In this document: positions 1 through 7,390 of the stretch, one piece after another
Layout of the letters: each line of letters opens with the position of its first letter
Numbering within the stretch: position 1 is the first letter of the stretch
Origin: a virus
Virus genome (UHGV): UHGV-1406243
Length of the DNA stretch: 11,436 bases
Reading direction: 5' to 3' (one strand)
Position numbers and translations under genes: made by a program
The notes under the pieces: model-generated
What the model was told of the DNA's origin: nothing
Databases searched by the model: none
Seen by the model: the letters and a program-made list of their open reading frames with translations, nothing else

Positions 1-9
1 ATAACAGCA
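1..9. repeat. 9-bp direct repeat ATAACAGCA, identical to 11428..11436; candidate att core or target duplication
   Basis: Exact 9-mer at both window edges. Too short to be significant alone and may reflect how the window was cut. Confidence 0.3.
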
Positions 10-95
10 TTTTATCATTTAGTGTTTTTTGCTGTTTCATAATGTTTCAGGCTGTGCATTATGTTTTTGATTATCAACAGATTTGTGATTTTCCT

Positions 96-161
96 TGTTC
101 CAGCTTGTTTCACGTTGTAGCCCTTTGTGCAACGATCGGTGTAGTCACTGGTGTAGTCACT
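96..161. repeat. attL-side arm region: TTGTTCCA..CACGTTGT followed by tandem 12-mers GGTGTAGTCACT x2 (138..161); imperfect direct copy at 11299..11355
   Basis: CGGTGTAGTCACTGGTGTAGTCA is read directly at 137..159 and again at 11331..11353 in the same orientation, each preceded by a TTGTTCCA/CGTTGT motif. Candidate integrase arm-type binding sites. Confidence 0.5.
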
Positions 162-184
162 TTTTCGTAAAGAGGGGGTAAAAC

Positions 185-1399
185 GTGAGCAGAGCAATGA
201 ACAAACTGAGCGATACCTTGCTAAGGAAACTTCATGGTAAGCCAGCGGAGAAAAACACGTTTTATAGTGATGGCGGAAACCTGAGCGTGAAATATTTAAC
301 ATCAGGGAAATTGACCTGGTATTTCACATACAGGGCCGGAACGGGAAGGGAGACACGACCCGAACGCATTAAGCTGGGAAGTTATCCTGATCTGAGCCTG
401 AAAGCAGCCAGGGAAAAAGCCGCACAGTGTCGCACATGGCTGGCTGAGGGGAAAAATCCACGTCATGAGATGAATTACACCGTACAGGAAGCGTTAAAGC
501 CCGTAACGGTTGGCGATGCGCTCACCTACTGGCTTGAGTATTACGTAAAGGAAAACCGCGTGGATTATATCGCCCTGAAAAGGCGACTTAATAATCACGT
601 AATACAGCAGATTGGTGCTATGCCGCTGGATAAATGCGAGCTACGGCACTGGCTGGCCTGTTTTGACCAGGTGGTAAAGCGAACGCCTGTTACTGCCGGA
701 TTCGTGCTACAGGCGTGCAAACAGGCGCTTAAGTTCTGCCGTAGGCGGCGCTATGCAATCAGCAACGTTCTGGACGATCTGAACGTTGCGGACGTTGGGA
801 AAAAACCGGATATAAGCGAACGTGTCTTAAGTAACAAAGAACTTGGCGAATTATTGCAGGCACTGGACAAAAAAATATTCTCCCCTTACTACGTCGCGTT
901 AATCCGCCTCCTGATTGTCTTCGGAGCCAGAACGGTAGAACTGAGGTTATCGGAGATCGGGGAGTGGGATTTTACGGAAATGCTATGGACCGTTCCGAAG
1001 GAGCACAGCAAAACGAAGGTCGCAATATTCCGGCCCATACCGGAAGCGATCCTGCCGTTCGTCACGCAGCTGGTGGAGCAGAACAGGCACACGGGCTTAT
1101 TGCTGGGGGAAGTGAAACAGGAGGCCAGCGTATCGCAGTATGGAAGATTAGCGCACAGGAGGCTTAATCACCCTCACTGGTCACTGCATGACATCCGGCG
1201 CACCTTTACAACCATGCTGAACGATTTAGGCGTTGATCCGCATGTCGTGGAGCAGCTTACAGGCCACCAGATGCCAGGAATGCAGCGAGTTTATAATCAT
1301 TCCCGTTATCTGTTTTCAGTATGCGCATCTAGCGAATCACTCTTTAAAGAGCGAGAAAAAAGGCATGGAACAATATTTTATGCCTTTGTATTAACATGA
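185..1399 (+). CDS. int: Tyrosine recombinase / site-specific integrase, P4-type
   Basis: 404-aa ORF. The N-terminus (LRKLHGKPAEKNTFYSDGGNLSVKY..LGSYPDLSLKAAREKA) matches the P4-integrase arm-binding domain pattern. The C-terminus carries HDIRRTF..LGH..VYNHSRY catalytic-type motifs (His-x-x-Arg and terminal Tyr). GTG start at 185 is 5 nt after GAGGGGG; an alternative ATG lies at 197. Confidence 0.9.
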   Translation: MSRAMNKLSDTLLRKLHGKPAEKNTFYSDGGNLSVKYLTSGKLTWYFTYRAGTGRETRPERIKLGSYPDLSLKAAREKAAQCRTWLAEGKNPRHEMNYTVQEALKPVTVGDALTYWLEYYVKENRVDYIALKRRLNNHVIQQIGAMPLDKCELRHWLACFDQVVKRTPVTAGFVLQACKQALKFCRRRRYAISNVLDDLNVADVGKKPDISERVLSNKELGELLQALDKKIFSPYYVALIRLLIVFGARTVELRLSEIGEWDFTEMLWTVPKEHSKTKVAIFRPIPEAILPFVTQLVEQNRHTGLLLGEVKQEASVSQYGRLAHRRLNHPHWSLHDIRRTFTTMLNDLGVDPHVVEQLTGHQMPGMQRVYNHSRYLFSVCASSESLFKEREKRHGTIFYAFVLT

Positions 1400-1456
1400 A
1401 TTTAAAAGATTTTATTCTTACTGTTTCATTTTCTGTAAATCATATATCCTCAGTAT

Positions 1457-1486
1457 TTGACATTCATCACTCTAGCGGGAACAATA
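1457..1486 (+). promoter_or_regulatory. Putative sigma70 promoter for alpA (perfect -35 TTGACA at 1457..1462, weak -10 near 1480..1486)
   Basis: Consensus TTGACA hexamer is read directly; the downstream -10 is only approximate (AACAAT/ACAATA). The TTG at 1457 that opens the 89-aa ORF in the track is part of this hexamer. Confidence 0.35.
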
Positions 1487-1537
1487 CGACACAATAAGAC
1501 ACCTGATGACTCTTTAAGAAACGAAAGGGGGGCAATA

Positions 1538-1726
1538 GTGTTAAGCACTGATCGGTTTATACGTGAAAAAGAATGCGAAAAACTAACCGGCCTTAGCCGT
1601 ACGTGTCGCTACCGCCTGGAAAAGGCCGGACAATTCCCATCACGTCGTAAACTTGGCGGTCGTTCCGTTGGCTGGTCTTTATCCGAGGTTCTGGCCTGGA
1701 AGGATAGCTGCAAGGCAGTTCATTAA
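1538..1726 (+). CDS. alpA: AlpA-family excisionase / transcriptional regulator (prophage CP4-57 regulatory protein family)
   Basis: The sequence DRFIREKECEKLTGLSRTCRYRLEKAGQFPSRRKLGGRSVGWSLSEVLAWK fits the AlpA/Xis MerR-like winged-helix pattern (hxxEVxxxTGLSRSTIYRLxxxGxFPxPxKLGxRxVxWxxSEVxxW). Start chosen at GTG 1538, 6 nt after AAAGGGGGG, because the longer ORF start at 1457 lies inside the promoter. Confidence 0.8.
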   Translation: MLSTDRFIREKECEKLTGLSRTCRYRLEKAGQFPSRRKLGGRSVGWSLSEVLAWKDSCKAVH

Positions 1727-1872
1727 TCACGCTGGCGGCACGCAGCCGCCACACATCAATCATCTGAACACAGAGCTATAACCATGAAGATTGAATATAC
1801 GCCAGAACGTGGGCGGGGATTCGTTCGCCCTGGTGAAACTGAAAAACAACAAAATTGGGGTTTTTCAGGTAT

Positions 1873-1901
1873 AAAAAAAGCGGCCCCGAAATGGAGCCGC
1901 C
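1873..1901 (-). terminator. Rho-independent terminator (bidirectional-looking hairpin GCGGCCCC-gaaat-GGAGCCGC flanked by an A-run and a weak T-run)
   Basis: On the minus strand the stem is followed by TTTTTTT (complement of A 1873..1879). It would end leftward transcripts from the repressor-side promoter before they reach alpA and int. Confidence 0.5.
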
Positions 1902-1995
1902 TTTCTGAACAGATAACCCGCTGCGCCGTTTGTGTGTGTGATCCCAAACATAAGCACGGGGATGATAGCCGTTATCAGGCTGGTGGGCAATGCAA

Positions 1996-2184
1996 TCAGT
2001 CTGGTTCAGTTCGTTGCCATACCTGCAATGAGCGCTTTTCCCTGTACTCTTTAAGGAATTGCTCAAGGGCAAAAGCACATGGCGCGAATCTTTCTGATTC
2101 ATGCTCTATCTTTCTGCGCCGTCTTTTCCGTGCCGGTGATAATGTTTTGGTCAATTCTTTATCGGTCATTGTGTTGTCCTGCAT
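1996..2184 (-). CDS. Hypothetical small basic protein (62 aa), possibly co-transcribed with the RHH gene
   Basis: ORF on the same strand and immediately downstream of the RHH gene, upstream of the minus-strand terminator. No convincing Shine-Dalgarno; arginine-rich stretch RKRRRRK. Confidence 0.3.
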   Translation of the reverse strand: MQDNTMTDKELTKTLSPARKRRRRKIEHESERFAPCAFALEQFLKEYREKRSLQVWQRTEPD

Positions 2185-2226
2185 AGCAATGCGCCGTAAT
2201 ACCTTACACCACGGCGCTGATGGTGA

Positions 2227-2406
2227 TTACTCTGGTTCTTTGGCCTTGCGCCGCTGGCGATATTCAACTTCTCGTTTTAATGCCGCAGTAACAAATTGCC
2301 CCGTACTTTCGCCAGGCATTTTTACCGCCTCAACATTGTTCATAACTTCATGCGGAACCCTTGCCGCAACGGTTTGTGATTTTGCGTTTACCGCTTTTGT
2401 CGCCAT
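2227..2406 (-). CDS. Ribbon-helix-helix (Arc/CopG/MetJ-like) transcriptional repressor, 59 aa; absent from the ORF track (below its length cutoff)
   Basis: Hand translation of the minus strand gives MATKAVNAKSQTVAARVPHEVMNNVEAVKMPGESTGQFVTAALKREVEYRQRRKAKEPE. It has an N-terminal beta-strand (VAARVP), helix A, a G-x-S/T turn (PGESTGQ) and helix B. GAGGGG lies 8-9 nt upstream of the ATG. The gene is divergent from the plus-strand operon, with operator palindromes in between. Confidence 0.6.
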   Translation of the reverse strand: MATKAVNAKSQTVAARVPHEVMNNVEAVKMPGESTGQFVTAALKREVEYRQRRKAKEPE

Positions 2407-2456
2407 GTGGTGTACCCCTCATAAAAAACAAATGCAGTATGCAGGAAAAAAAATAA

Positions 2457-2508
2457 GTGTTCAACACTTGACGTGTTTAACACCTGGGTTTAAATTGGTG
2501 TTCAACAC
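2457..2508. promoter_or_regulatory. Divergent promoter/operator region: three copies of the near-palindrome GTGTT(C/T)AACAC (2457..2467, 2473..2483, 2498..2508), overlapping a TTGACG -35 (2468..2473) and TAAATT -10 (2491..2496) for the rightward operon
   Basis: Repeats are read directly. The arms GTGTT/AACAC are inverted repeats, typical of dimeric repressor operators. The position between the divergent RHH gene and the rightward operon fits a genetic switch. Confidence 0.55.
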
Positions 2509-2605
2509 CTTGTTGGCGCAAGGTGCAGAAACGACGAAACCCGGCAGTGCGCTAACACTAACCGGGCTTCTAACCACCAACGATAGCGAAAGTATCGAGG
2601 TAGCT

Positions 2606-2806
2606 ATGAGAAATCATACCACACACCCGCAAGGGCGGGACTCGCACAACCTGAATAAATACATCTGGCGTTTTATCGCCCTGAGCACGGCACAACCGCG
2701 CGTGATTACCATTGAGGCCACCAGCGAACAGGAAGCACGCCAGCAATCTCCGGCTGGCTGCGTGATGGTATTTGCTGCCCGTATTCGTCAGGGGGTAGGC
2801 TTATGA
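2606..2806 (+). CDS. Small protein (66 aa), tentatively Icd-like host cell division inhibitor family; first gene of the rightward operon
   Basis: ATG 2606 follows GAGG by 5 nt. Product: MRNHTTHPQGRDSHNLNKYIWRFIALSTAQPRVITIEATSEQEARQQSPAGCVMVFAARIRQGVGL. The family assignment is from memory of similar satellite and cryptic-prophage proteins and is uncertain. The stop overlaps the next start (ATGA). Confidence 0.6.
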   Translation: MRNHTTHPQGRDSHNLNKYIWRFIALSTAQPRVITIEATSEQEARQQSPAGCVMVFAARIRQGVGL

Positions 2807-3033
2807 GCCAGGAAATCACACTACAACAGGCAGCAGAACGCGCCCACCAAATCGAAGTTATTTGCGCACTGGCAGAGGATTACCCTGGCATGATGACCGA
2901 CAGCGAATCAGGGGCAATCATCGGCTTACTTAAACGCCTTAGCGGTGAGGTCTGCGTATTCCTGAGCGATGAACAGGAAAGAAGAACGCTTATTTCTAAC
3001 GAAAAAAAATGCGGAGGGGTACATGTGCAATAA
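2803..3033 (+). CDS. Hypothetical protein (76 aa)
   Basis: ATGA overlap with the upstream gene (translational coupling); same strand within a compact operon. Confidence 0.6.
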   Translation: MSQEITLQQAAERAHQIEVICALAEDYPGMMTDSESGAIIGLLKRLSGEVCVFLSDEQERRTLISNEKKCGGVHVQ

Positions 3034-3244
3034 AACCACACCGGACGCAGCCGCCGCCGCGCTCACTACGCTGATGCACGCGCTTATTGATATTTCTGTT
3101 ATTGCTGACAGGGCGCATAAACACGCAGCCAGAGAATCAGAATGCATCTTCCATTTAGCATTTGTGCAGCTAAAAGCCGATCAGGCACTGGATAAGGCCG
3201 GAAAAATTATCATGGCTGATGTGCAGGAGGTGCACCATGCATAA
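3023..3244 (+). CDS. Hypothetical protein (73 aa)
   Basis: ATG 3023 is preceded by GGAGGGG (3012..3018). In frame with the 91-aa ORF in the track, whose upstream extension lacks an RBS. Overlaps neighbours on both sides. Confidence 0.55.
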   Translation: MCNKTTPDAAAAALTTLMHALIDISVIADRAHKHAARESECIFHLAFVQLKADQALDKAGKIIMADVQEVHHA

Positions 3245-3602
3245 TCTGTCAATTTCTGACCTTAACAGCATTCAGTTTGATGAGAAATTTACCGGGCAGT
3301 TGCTGGTCAATGTGGAGAACGGGCGCATAGTGCGTAATTATCACCTGCCGGATGGTGCAATTGCCGGAAGCGTTGAAGCATTGCTGGAACTGGCGGAACG
3401 TGCGCGACTGATTAAGCCGTCAACGAGCCATCACGATGATGATCTGCATTTTACCGGATGTATGGTGAGTCACTACGAAAACGGCGTCGAGGTATCCTGT
3501 GAACGGCTGCGTGATGATTGCTGTTTCGGCACACTGCCGGAATTTATCGAGTTGCTGACCAGTTGCGGTTATCAGGTCATTCAGGGGGGTAAACATGCGT
3601 GA
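3237..3602 (+). CDS. Hypothetical protein (121 aa)
   Basis: ATG 3237 is preceded by AGGAGG (3225..3230). The 127-aa ORF start at 3219 lacks an RBS. Confidence 0.65.
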   Translation: MHNLSISDLNSIQFDEKFTGQLLVNVENGRIVRNYHLPDGAIAGSVEALLELAERARLIKPSTSHHDDDLHFTGCMVSHYENGVEVSCERLRDDCCFGTLPEFIELLTSCGYQVIQGGKHA

Positions 3603-3861
3603 TGATCGTTTTAATTCCCTGAAACAGGAATGTGATATTTACCACGAAACAATAGACCGCGCATTTCTTGCACTTTCTCACAGTGAAAACATGCTGGAAA
3701 TATTGCGCATATGGCTTGAAACACTTGGCGACAATGAACGCGACAAACAAAAATCAAGAATTGCCACGGCATTAATAACGCTTCTTGAGCCTGTAATAAT
3801 GGAACTGCAAGAAATAGATCTATTGCACGACAGATATAAAGAACAGCACACCGGAGAATAA
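3595..3861 (+). CDS. Hypothetical protein (88 aa)
   Basis: ATG 3595 is preceded by GGGGGG; 8-nt overlap with the upstream gene. Confidence 0.65.
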   Translation: MRDDRFNSLKQECDIYHETIDRAFLALSHSENMLEILRIWLETLGDNERDKQKSRIATALITLLEPVIMELQEIDLLHDRYKEQHTGE

Positions 3862-3866
3862 AAATA

Positions 3867-4166
3867 ATGAAACTTAAATATTCTGGCTTAACTGCCAGTG
3901 GCAACACTCACCCTAAATTTACGCGCGGCGATATTTACCGCGACCAGTACGGCGGCACGGTAATGATTAAGGGCGTGGAAGAACGGCGCGTAACCTACCG
4001 CCGTGAAGGTTACGAATATGATTGCGTGATGCCTGTTTATCAGTTCCGGCGTGATTTTTCTCTGGTACAGACCGCGCCGCATAACGTGTCCACCAGCAAC
4101 GCCAGGGCACGGGCAAACATCCAGAAGCTGAAAACCATGATTAACGGATTCAGGGGTAAAAAATGA
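3867..4166 (+). CDS. Hypothetical protein (99 aa)
   Basis: ATG 3867 is preceded by GGAG. Its stop overlaps the primase start (ATGA at 4163..4166). Confidence 0.7.
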   Translation: MKLKYSGLTASGNTHPKFTRGDIYRDQYGGTVMIKGVEERRVTYRREGYEYDCVMPVYQFRRDFSLVQTAPHNVSTSNARARANIQKLKTMINGFRGKK

Positions 4167-5917
4167 AACTGGCACCGAACGTAAAACAGCAGTCACGCGG
4201 CATAAAACACAAAGAAACAGAAGTCATTATTTTTGCGGGTAGTGATGCCTGGTCACACGCAAAACAATGGCAGGAACATGACGCGCGTATGGCCGGAGAT
4301 AATGAGCCTCCTGTGTGGCTTGGGGAGCAGCAGTTATCCGAACTGGATAAGCTGCAAATTGTGCCGGAAGGCAGAAAATCCGTGCGCATATTCAGGGCCG
4401 GATATCTTGCGCCAGTAATGATAAAGGCGATTGGTCAGAAGCTGGCGGCGGCAGGCGTACAGGATGCAAATTTTTACCCTGATGGTATGCACGGTCAGAA
4501 GGTGGAGAACTGGCGCGAATATCTGGCCCGTGAGCGCCAGAATCTTTCTGATGGTCTGGTCATTGAGCTTCCGGTAAAGCAAAAGGCGCAACTTTCGCAG
4601 ATGGCGGACAGTGAGCGCGCGCAGCTGCTTGCCGATCGCTTTGATGGCGTTTGCGTACATCCTGAAAGTGAAATCGTTCACGTATGGCGCGGCGGGGTAT
4701 GGTGTCCGGTCAGCACAATGGAACTTAGCCGCGAAATGGTGGCGATCTATTCAGAGCACAGGGCCACTTTCAGCAAGCGCGTAATCAATAACGCCGTGGA
4801 AGCGTTAAAAGTTATTGCCGAACCAATGGGCGAGCCGTCCGGCGATTTGTTGCCGTTCGCCAATGGTGCGCTTGACCTGAAAACGGGGGAATTTTCCCCG
4901 CACACGCCGGAGAACTGGATCACCACGCACAACGGCATTGAGTACACGCCACCAGCACCAGGGGAGAACATCCGCGATAACGCGCCAAACTTTCATAAAT
5001 GGCTTGAGCACGCAGCCGGAAAAGACCCGCGCAAGATGATGCGTATATGTGCCGCGCTGTACATGATTATGGCGAACCGGTACGACTGGCAGATGTTTAT
5101 TGAGGCCACCGGAGACGGCGGGAGCGGTAAAAGTACATTCACACACATAGCCAGCCTTCTGGCAGGGAAACAGAACACGGTAAGCGCTGAAATGACATCG
5201 CTTGATGATGCTGGTGGACGTGCGCAGGTTGTCGGGAGTCGTCTTATCGTCCTGGCTGACCAGCCGAAATATACAGGCGAAGGAACGGGCATCAAGAAAA
5301 TCACGGGCGGTGACCCCGTGGAAATTAACCCGAAATACGAAAAGCGTTTCACGGCGGTAATCAGGGCGGTGGTGCTGGCGACCAACAATAACCCGATGAT
5401 ATTCACCGAACGGGCCGGAGGTGTGGCACGTCGTCGCGTGATTTTCCGTTTCGACAATATCGTCAGTGAGGCCGAAAAAGACAGGGAGCTACCGGAAAAG
5501 ATCGCGGCTGAAATCCCTGTCATTATCCGCCGATTGCTGGCGAACTTTACCGACCCTGAGAAGGCACGGGCTTTACTACTGGAACAGCGTGACGGTGATG
5601 AAGCTCTGGCAATAAAGCAACAGACGGATCCGGTTATTGAGTTTTGCCAGTTCCTGAATTTTCTGGAGGAAGCACGCGGCCTGATGATGGGCGGCGGTGG
5701 CGATTCAGTGAAGTACACGACCAGAAACAGCCTTTACCGCGTCTATCTGGCGTTTATGGCGTACGCAGGCAGGAGCAAACCGCTAAACGTAAATGACTTT
5801 GGCAAGGCTATGAAGCCAGCCGCGAAAGTTTACGGACATGAATATATTACGCGGAAAGTTAAGGGAGTAACGCAGACTAACGCAATAACAACAGACGAGT
5901 GCGACGCGTTTTTATAA
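4163..5917 (+). CDS. Replication initiator: P4 alpha-like primase/helicase (D5-type SF3 NTPase domain)
   Basis: 584-aa ORF. Walker A GDGGSGKST and Walker B-like RLIVLADQ are read directly in the C-terminal half. Gene size and the iteron array immediately downstream match satellite Pri-Rep / P4 alpha proteins. The N-terminal primase domain was not confirmed motif by motif. Confidence 0.85.
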   Translation: MKLAPNVKQQSRGIKHKETEVIIFAGSDAWSHAKQWQEHDARMAGDNEPPVWLGEQQLSELDKLQIVPEGRKSVRIFRAGYLAPVMIKAIGQKLAAAGVQDANFYPDGMHGQKVENWREYLARERQNLSDGLVIELPVKQKAQLSQMADSERAQLLADRFDGVCVHPESEIVHVWRGGVWCPVSTMELSREMVAIYSEHRATFSKRVINNAVEALKVIAEPMGEPSGDLLPFANGALDLKTGEFSPHTPENWITTHNGIEYTPPAPGENIRDNAPNFHKWLEHAAGKDPRKMMRICAALYMIMANRYDWQMFIEATGDGGSGKSTFTHIASLLAGKQNTVSAEMTSLDDAGGRAQVVGSRLIVLADQPKYTGEGTGIKKITGGDPVEINPKYEKRFTAVIRAVVLATNNNPMIFTERAGGVARRRVIFRFDNIVSEAEKDRELPEKIAAEIPVIIRRLLANFTDPEKARALLLEQRDGDEALAIKQQTDPVIEFCQFLNFLEEARGLMMGGGGDSVKYTTRNSLYRVYLAFMAYAGRSKPLNVNDFGKAMKPAAKVYGHEYITRKVKGVTQTNAITTDECDAFL

Positions 5918-5929
5918 TTTTTTGTAATT

Positions 5930-6160
5930 GCTGTCTACCCTGTCTACCTGAGTAAAGAAAAATACATTTAATTCAGTGCATTAAGTTAGGTAGATAGCCT
6001 TTTTTTACTGTCTACCCACTATCTACCCTCTCTACCTGATTTTACCTGAATCAGACAGGGAGGTAGACACGGGGTAGATAGTGGATAAAAGCACTCTACC
6101 CCGCTGAAAGCCGCGCCATTACTGGTATGAGGGCCACTAAGGTAGATAAGGTAGACAAGG
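5930..6160. other. Putative origin of replication: iteron array of YCTACC / GGTAGAY motifs with dyad organisation; duplicated at 6379..6609
   Basis: At least 11 copies of the core (T/C)CTACC. Direct copies lie at 5933..6048 (TGTCTACCCTGTCTACCTG, TGTCTACCC, ATCTACCC, TCTACCTG) and inverted copies at 6061..6160 (GGTAGACAC, GGTAGATAG, GGTAGATAAGGTAGACAAGG), centred near 6055. It sits directly downstream of the primase gene. Confidence 0.55.
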
Positions 6161-6205
6161 GGAGGCACAACTCAAAACTTTTTAAACGAGGGGGTAAAAA
6201 TAAAT

Positions 6206-6262
6206 ATGCACACTTCAGGGAAATTTAATAAATCACTCAAAATGACTTTGGCAAGGCTATGA
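6206..6262 (+). pseudogene. Truncated duplicate of the start of the 92-aa gene (18 codons, then stop), created by the tandem duplication
   Basis: Same RBS and first 12 codons (MHTSGKFNKSLK) as the gene at 6655; the reading frame then runs into the duplicated primase 3' fragment and stops. Confidence 0.4.
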
Positions 6263-6654
6263 AGCCAGCCGCGAAAGTTTACGGACATGAATATATTACG
6301 CGGAAAGTTAAGGGAGTAACGCAGACTAACGCAATAACAACAGACGAGTGCGACGCGTTTTTATAATTTTTTGTAATTGCTGTCTACCCTGTCTACCTGA
6401 GTAAAGAAAAATACATTTAATTCAGTGCATTAAGTTAGGTAGATAGCCTTTTTTTACTGTCTACCCACTATCTACCCTCTCTACCTGATTTTACCTGAAT
6501 CAGACAGGGAGGTAGACACGGGGTAGATAGTGGATAAAAGCACTCTACCCCGCTGAAAGCCGCGCCATTACTGGTATGAGGGCCACTAAGGTAGATAAGG
6601 TAGACAAGGGGAGGCACAACTCAAAACTTTTTAAACGAGGGGGTAAAAATAAAT

Positions 6655-6933
6655 ATGCACACTTCAGGGAAATTTAATAAATCACTCAAAAAACGCAGAG
6701 ACAGAACAGAACCGAAATATCGCGCGTTAGACATGACAGAGCACGCTTTAAAGGTGGCAATCAGAACGATAGACCGCCACGCGGGGGAAGGATACGCGAA
6801 AGCACATCCCGAACTGATAAGCGCATTCATGACCACGACGGCGGCAAATTTTGCCACGCTGACAGAGCGGGAGATTGCCGAAGCGGAACAGGTAACAACC
6901 ATCAACGTTAAAACCGGAGAGGTGGAATCATGA
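6655..6933 (+). CDS. Hypothetical protein (92 aa)
   Basis: Strong RBS GAGGGGGT upstream; stop overlaps the ssb start (ATGA). Confidence 0.65.
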   Translation: MHTSGKFNKSLKKRRDRTEPKYRALDMTEHALKVAIRTIDRHAGEGYAKAHPELISAFMTTTAANFATLTEREIAEAEQVTTINVKTGEVES

Positions 6934-7352
6934 CAGCACAGATAGCAGCTTACGGGCGGCTGGTGGACGACCCGCAGGTAAAACAGACCAGCAAGGGCAC
7001 ACCGATGACGCTGGCGCGTATGGCGGTCCCCCTTCCGTGCAGCCAGGCAGATGACGGAACGGCGACGATGTGGTTATCCGTCCTGGCATTTGGCAGACAG
7101 GCCGAAGCACTGGAAAGGCACCGCAAGGGTGAACTCCTGAGCGTGGCGGGTAACATGCAGATCAGCCAGTGGACTGGGCAGAACGGAGAAACGCGGCAGG
7201 GCTGGCAGGTTATCGCAGACAGTGTAATCAGTGCGCGAACGGCGCGACTGGGCGGCAAAAAAGGTCAACAGGGCCAGGCTACTGACGCGCTGAACAGGGC
7301 AAAACAACAGGCGGGGAATGATGATCCGTACGGGGATAACATACCGTTTTAA
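6930..7352 (+). CDS. ssb: Single-stranded DNA-binding protein (short SSB with acidic C-terminal tip)
   Basis: OB-fold pattern comparable to E. coli SSB (IAAYGRLVDDPQVKQT..WLSVLAFGRQAEALERHRKGELLSVAGNMQISQWTGQNGETRQGWQV) and C-terminal DDPYGDNIPF matching the conserved D-D-D-I-P-F tail. Confidence 0.85.
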   Translation: MTAQIAAYGRLVDDPQVKQTSKGTPMTLARMAVPLPCSQADDGTATMWLSVLAFGRQAEALERHRKGELLSVAGNMQISQWTGQNGETRQGWQVIADSVISARTARLGGKKGQQGQATDALNRAKQQAGNDDPYGDNIPF

Positions 7353-7368
7353 GCGACGAGTGACAGAA

Positions 7369-7390
7369 GCCGGAGCAATCCGGCTTTTTT
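7369..7390 (+). terminator. Rho-independent terminator after ssb (GCCGGA-gcaa-TCCGGC + TTTTTT)
   Basis: Hairpin and T-run are read directly. A near-identical hairpin recurs at 9810..9832. Confidence 0.6.

Larger units (their letters stand above)
5791..6691. repeat. Perfect tandem duplication, 2 x 449 bp (copy 1 about 5791..6239, copy 2 about 6240..6691)
   Basis: Direct comparison of the two stretches shows identity over the full unit. The unit holds the last 42 codons of the primase, the whole iteron array and the RBS plus first 12 codons of the downstream gene. The junction has a short AAA microhomology. Confidence 0.85.

Noticed and set aside
889-1167. 67-aa ORFs on both strands inside the integrase gene
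   Set aside because: Nested within a confidently assigned integrase; no RBS; composition typical of off-frame translation.
1784-2806. 340-aa plus-strand ORF, the longest unassigned ORF in the window
   Set aside because: It runs through a terminator hairpin (1873..1901), is antisense to a well-formed RHH gene with an RBS (2227..2406), and crosses the operator/promoter cluster (2457..2508). Its translation is cysteine-rich and low-complexity. Only its last 66 codons (2606..2806), which have their own RBS, look like a real gene.
4993-5718. 241-aa minus-strand ORF inside the primase gene
   Set aside because: Antisense to a gene with clear Walker A/B motifs; Ser/Arg/Ala-rich composition typical of a spurious antisense frame; no RBS.
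5930-6609. Possible CRISPR array or minisatellite, given the many short repeats
   Set aside because: Repeats are 6-9 bp iterons in mixed orientation without regular repeat-spacer periodicity. The larger periodicity is one exact 449-bp tandem duplication, not an array.
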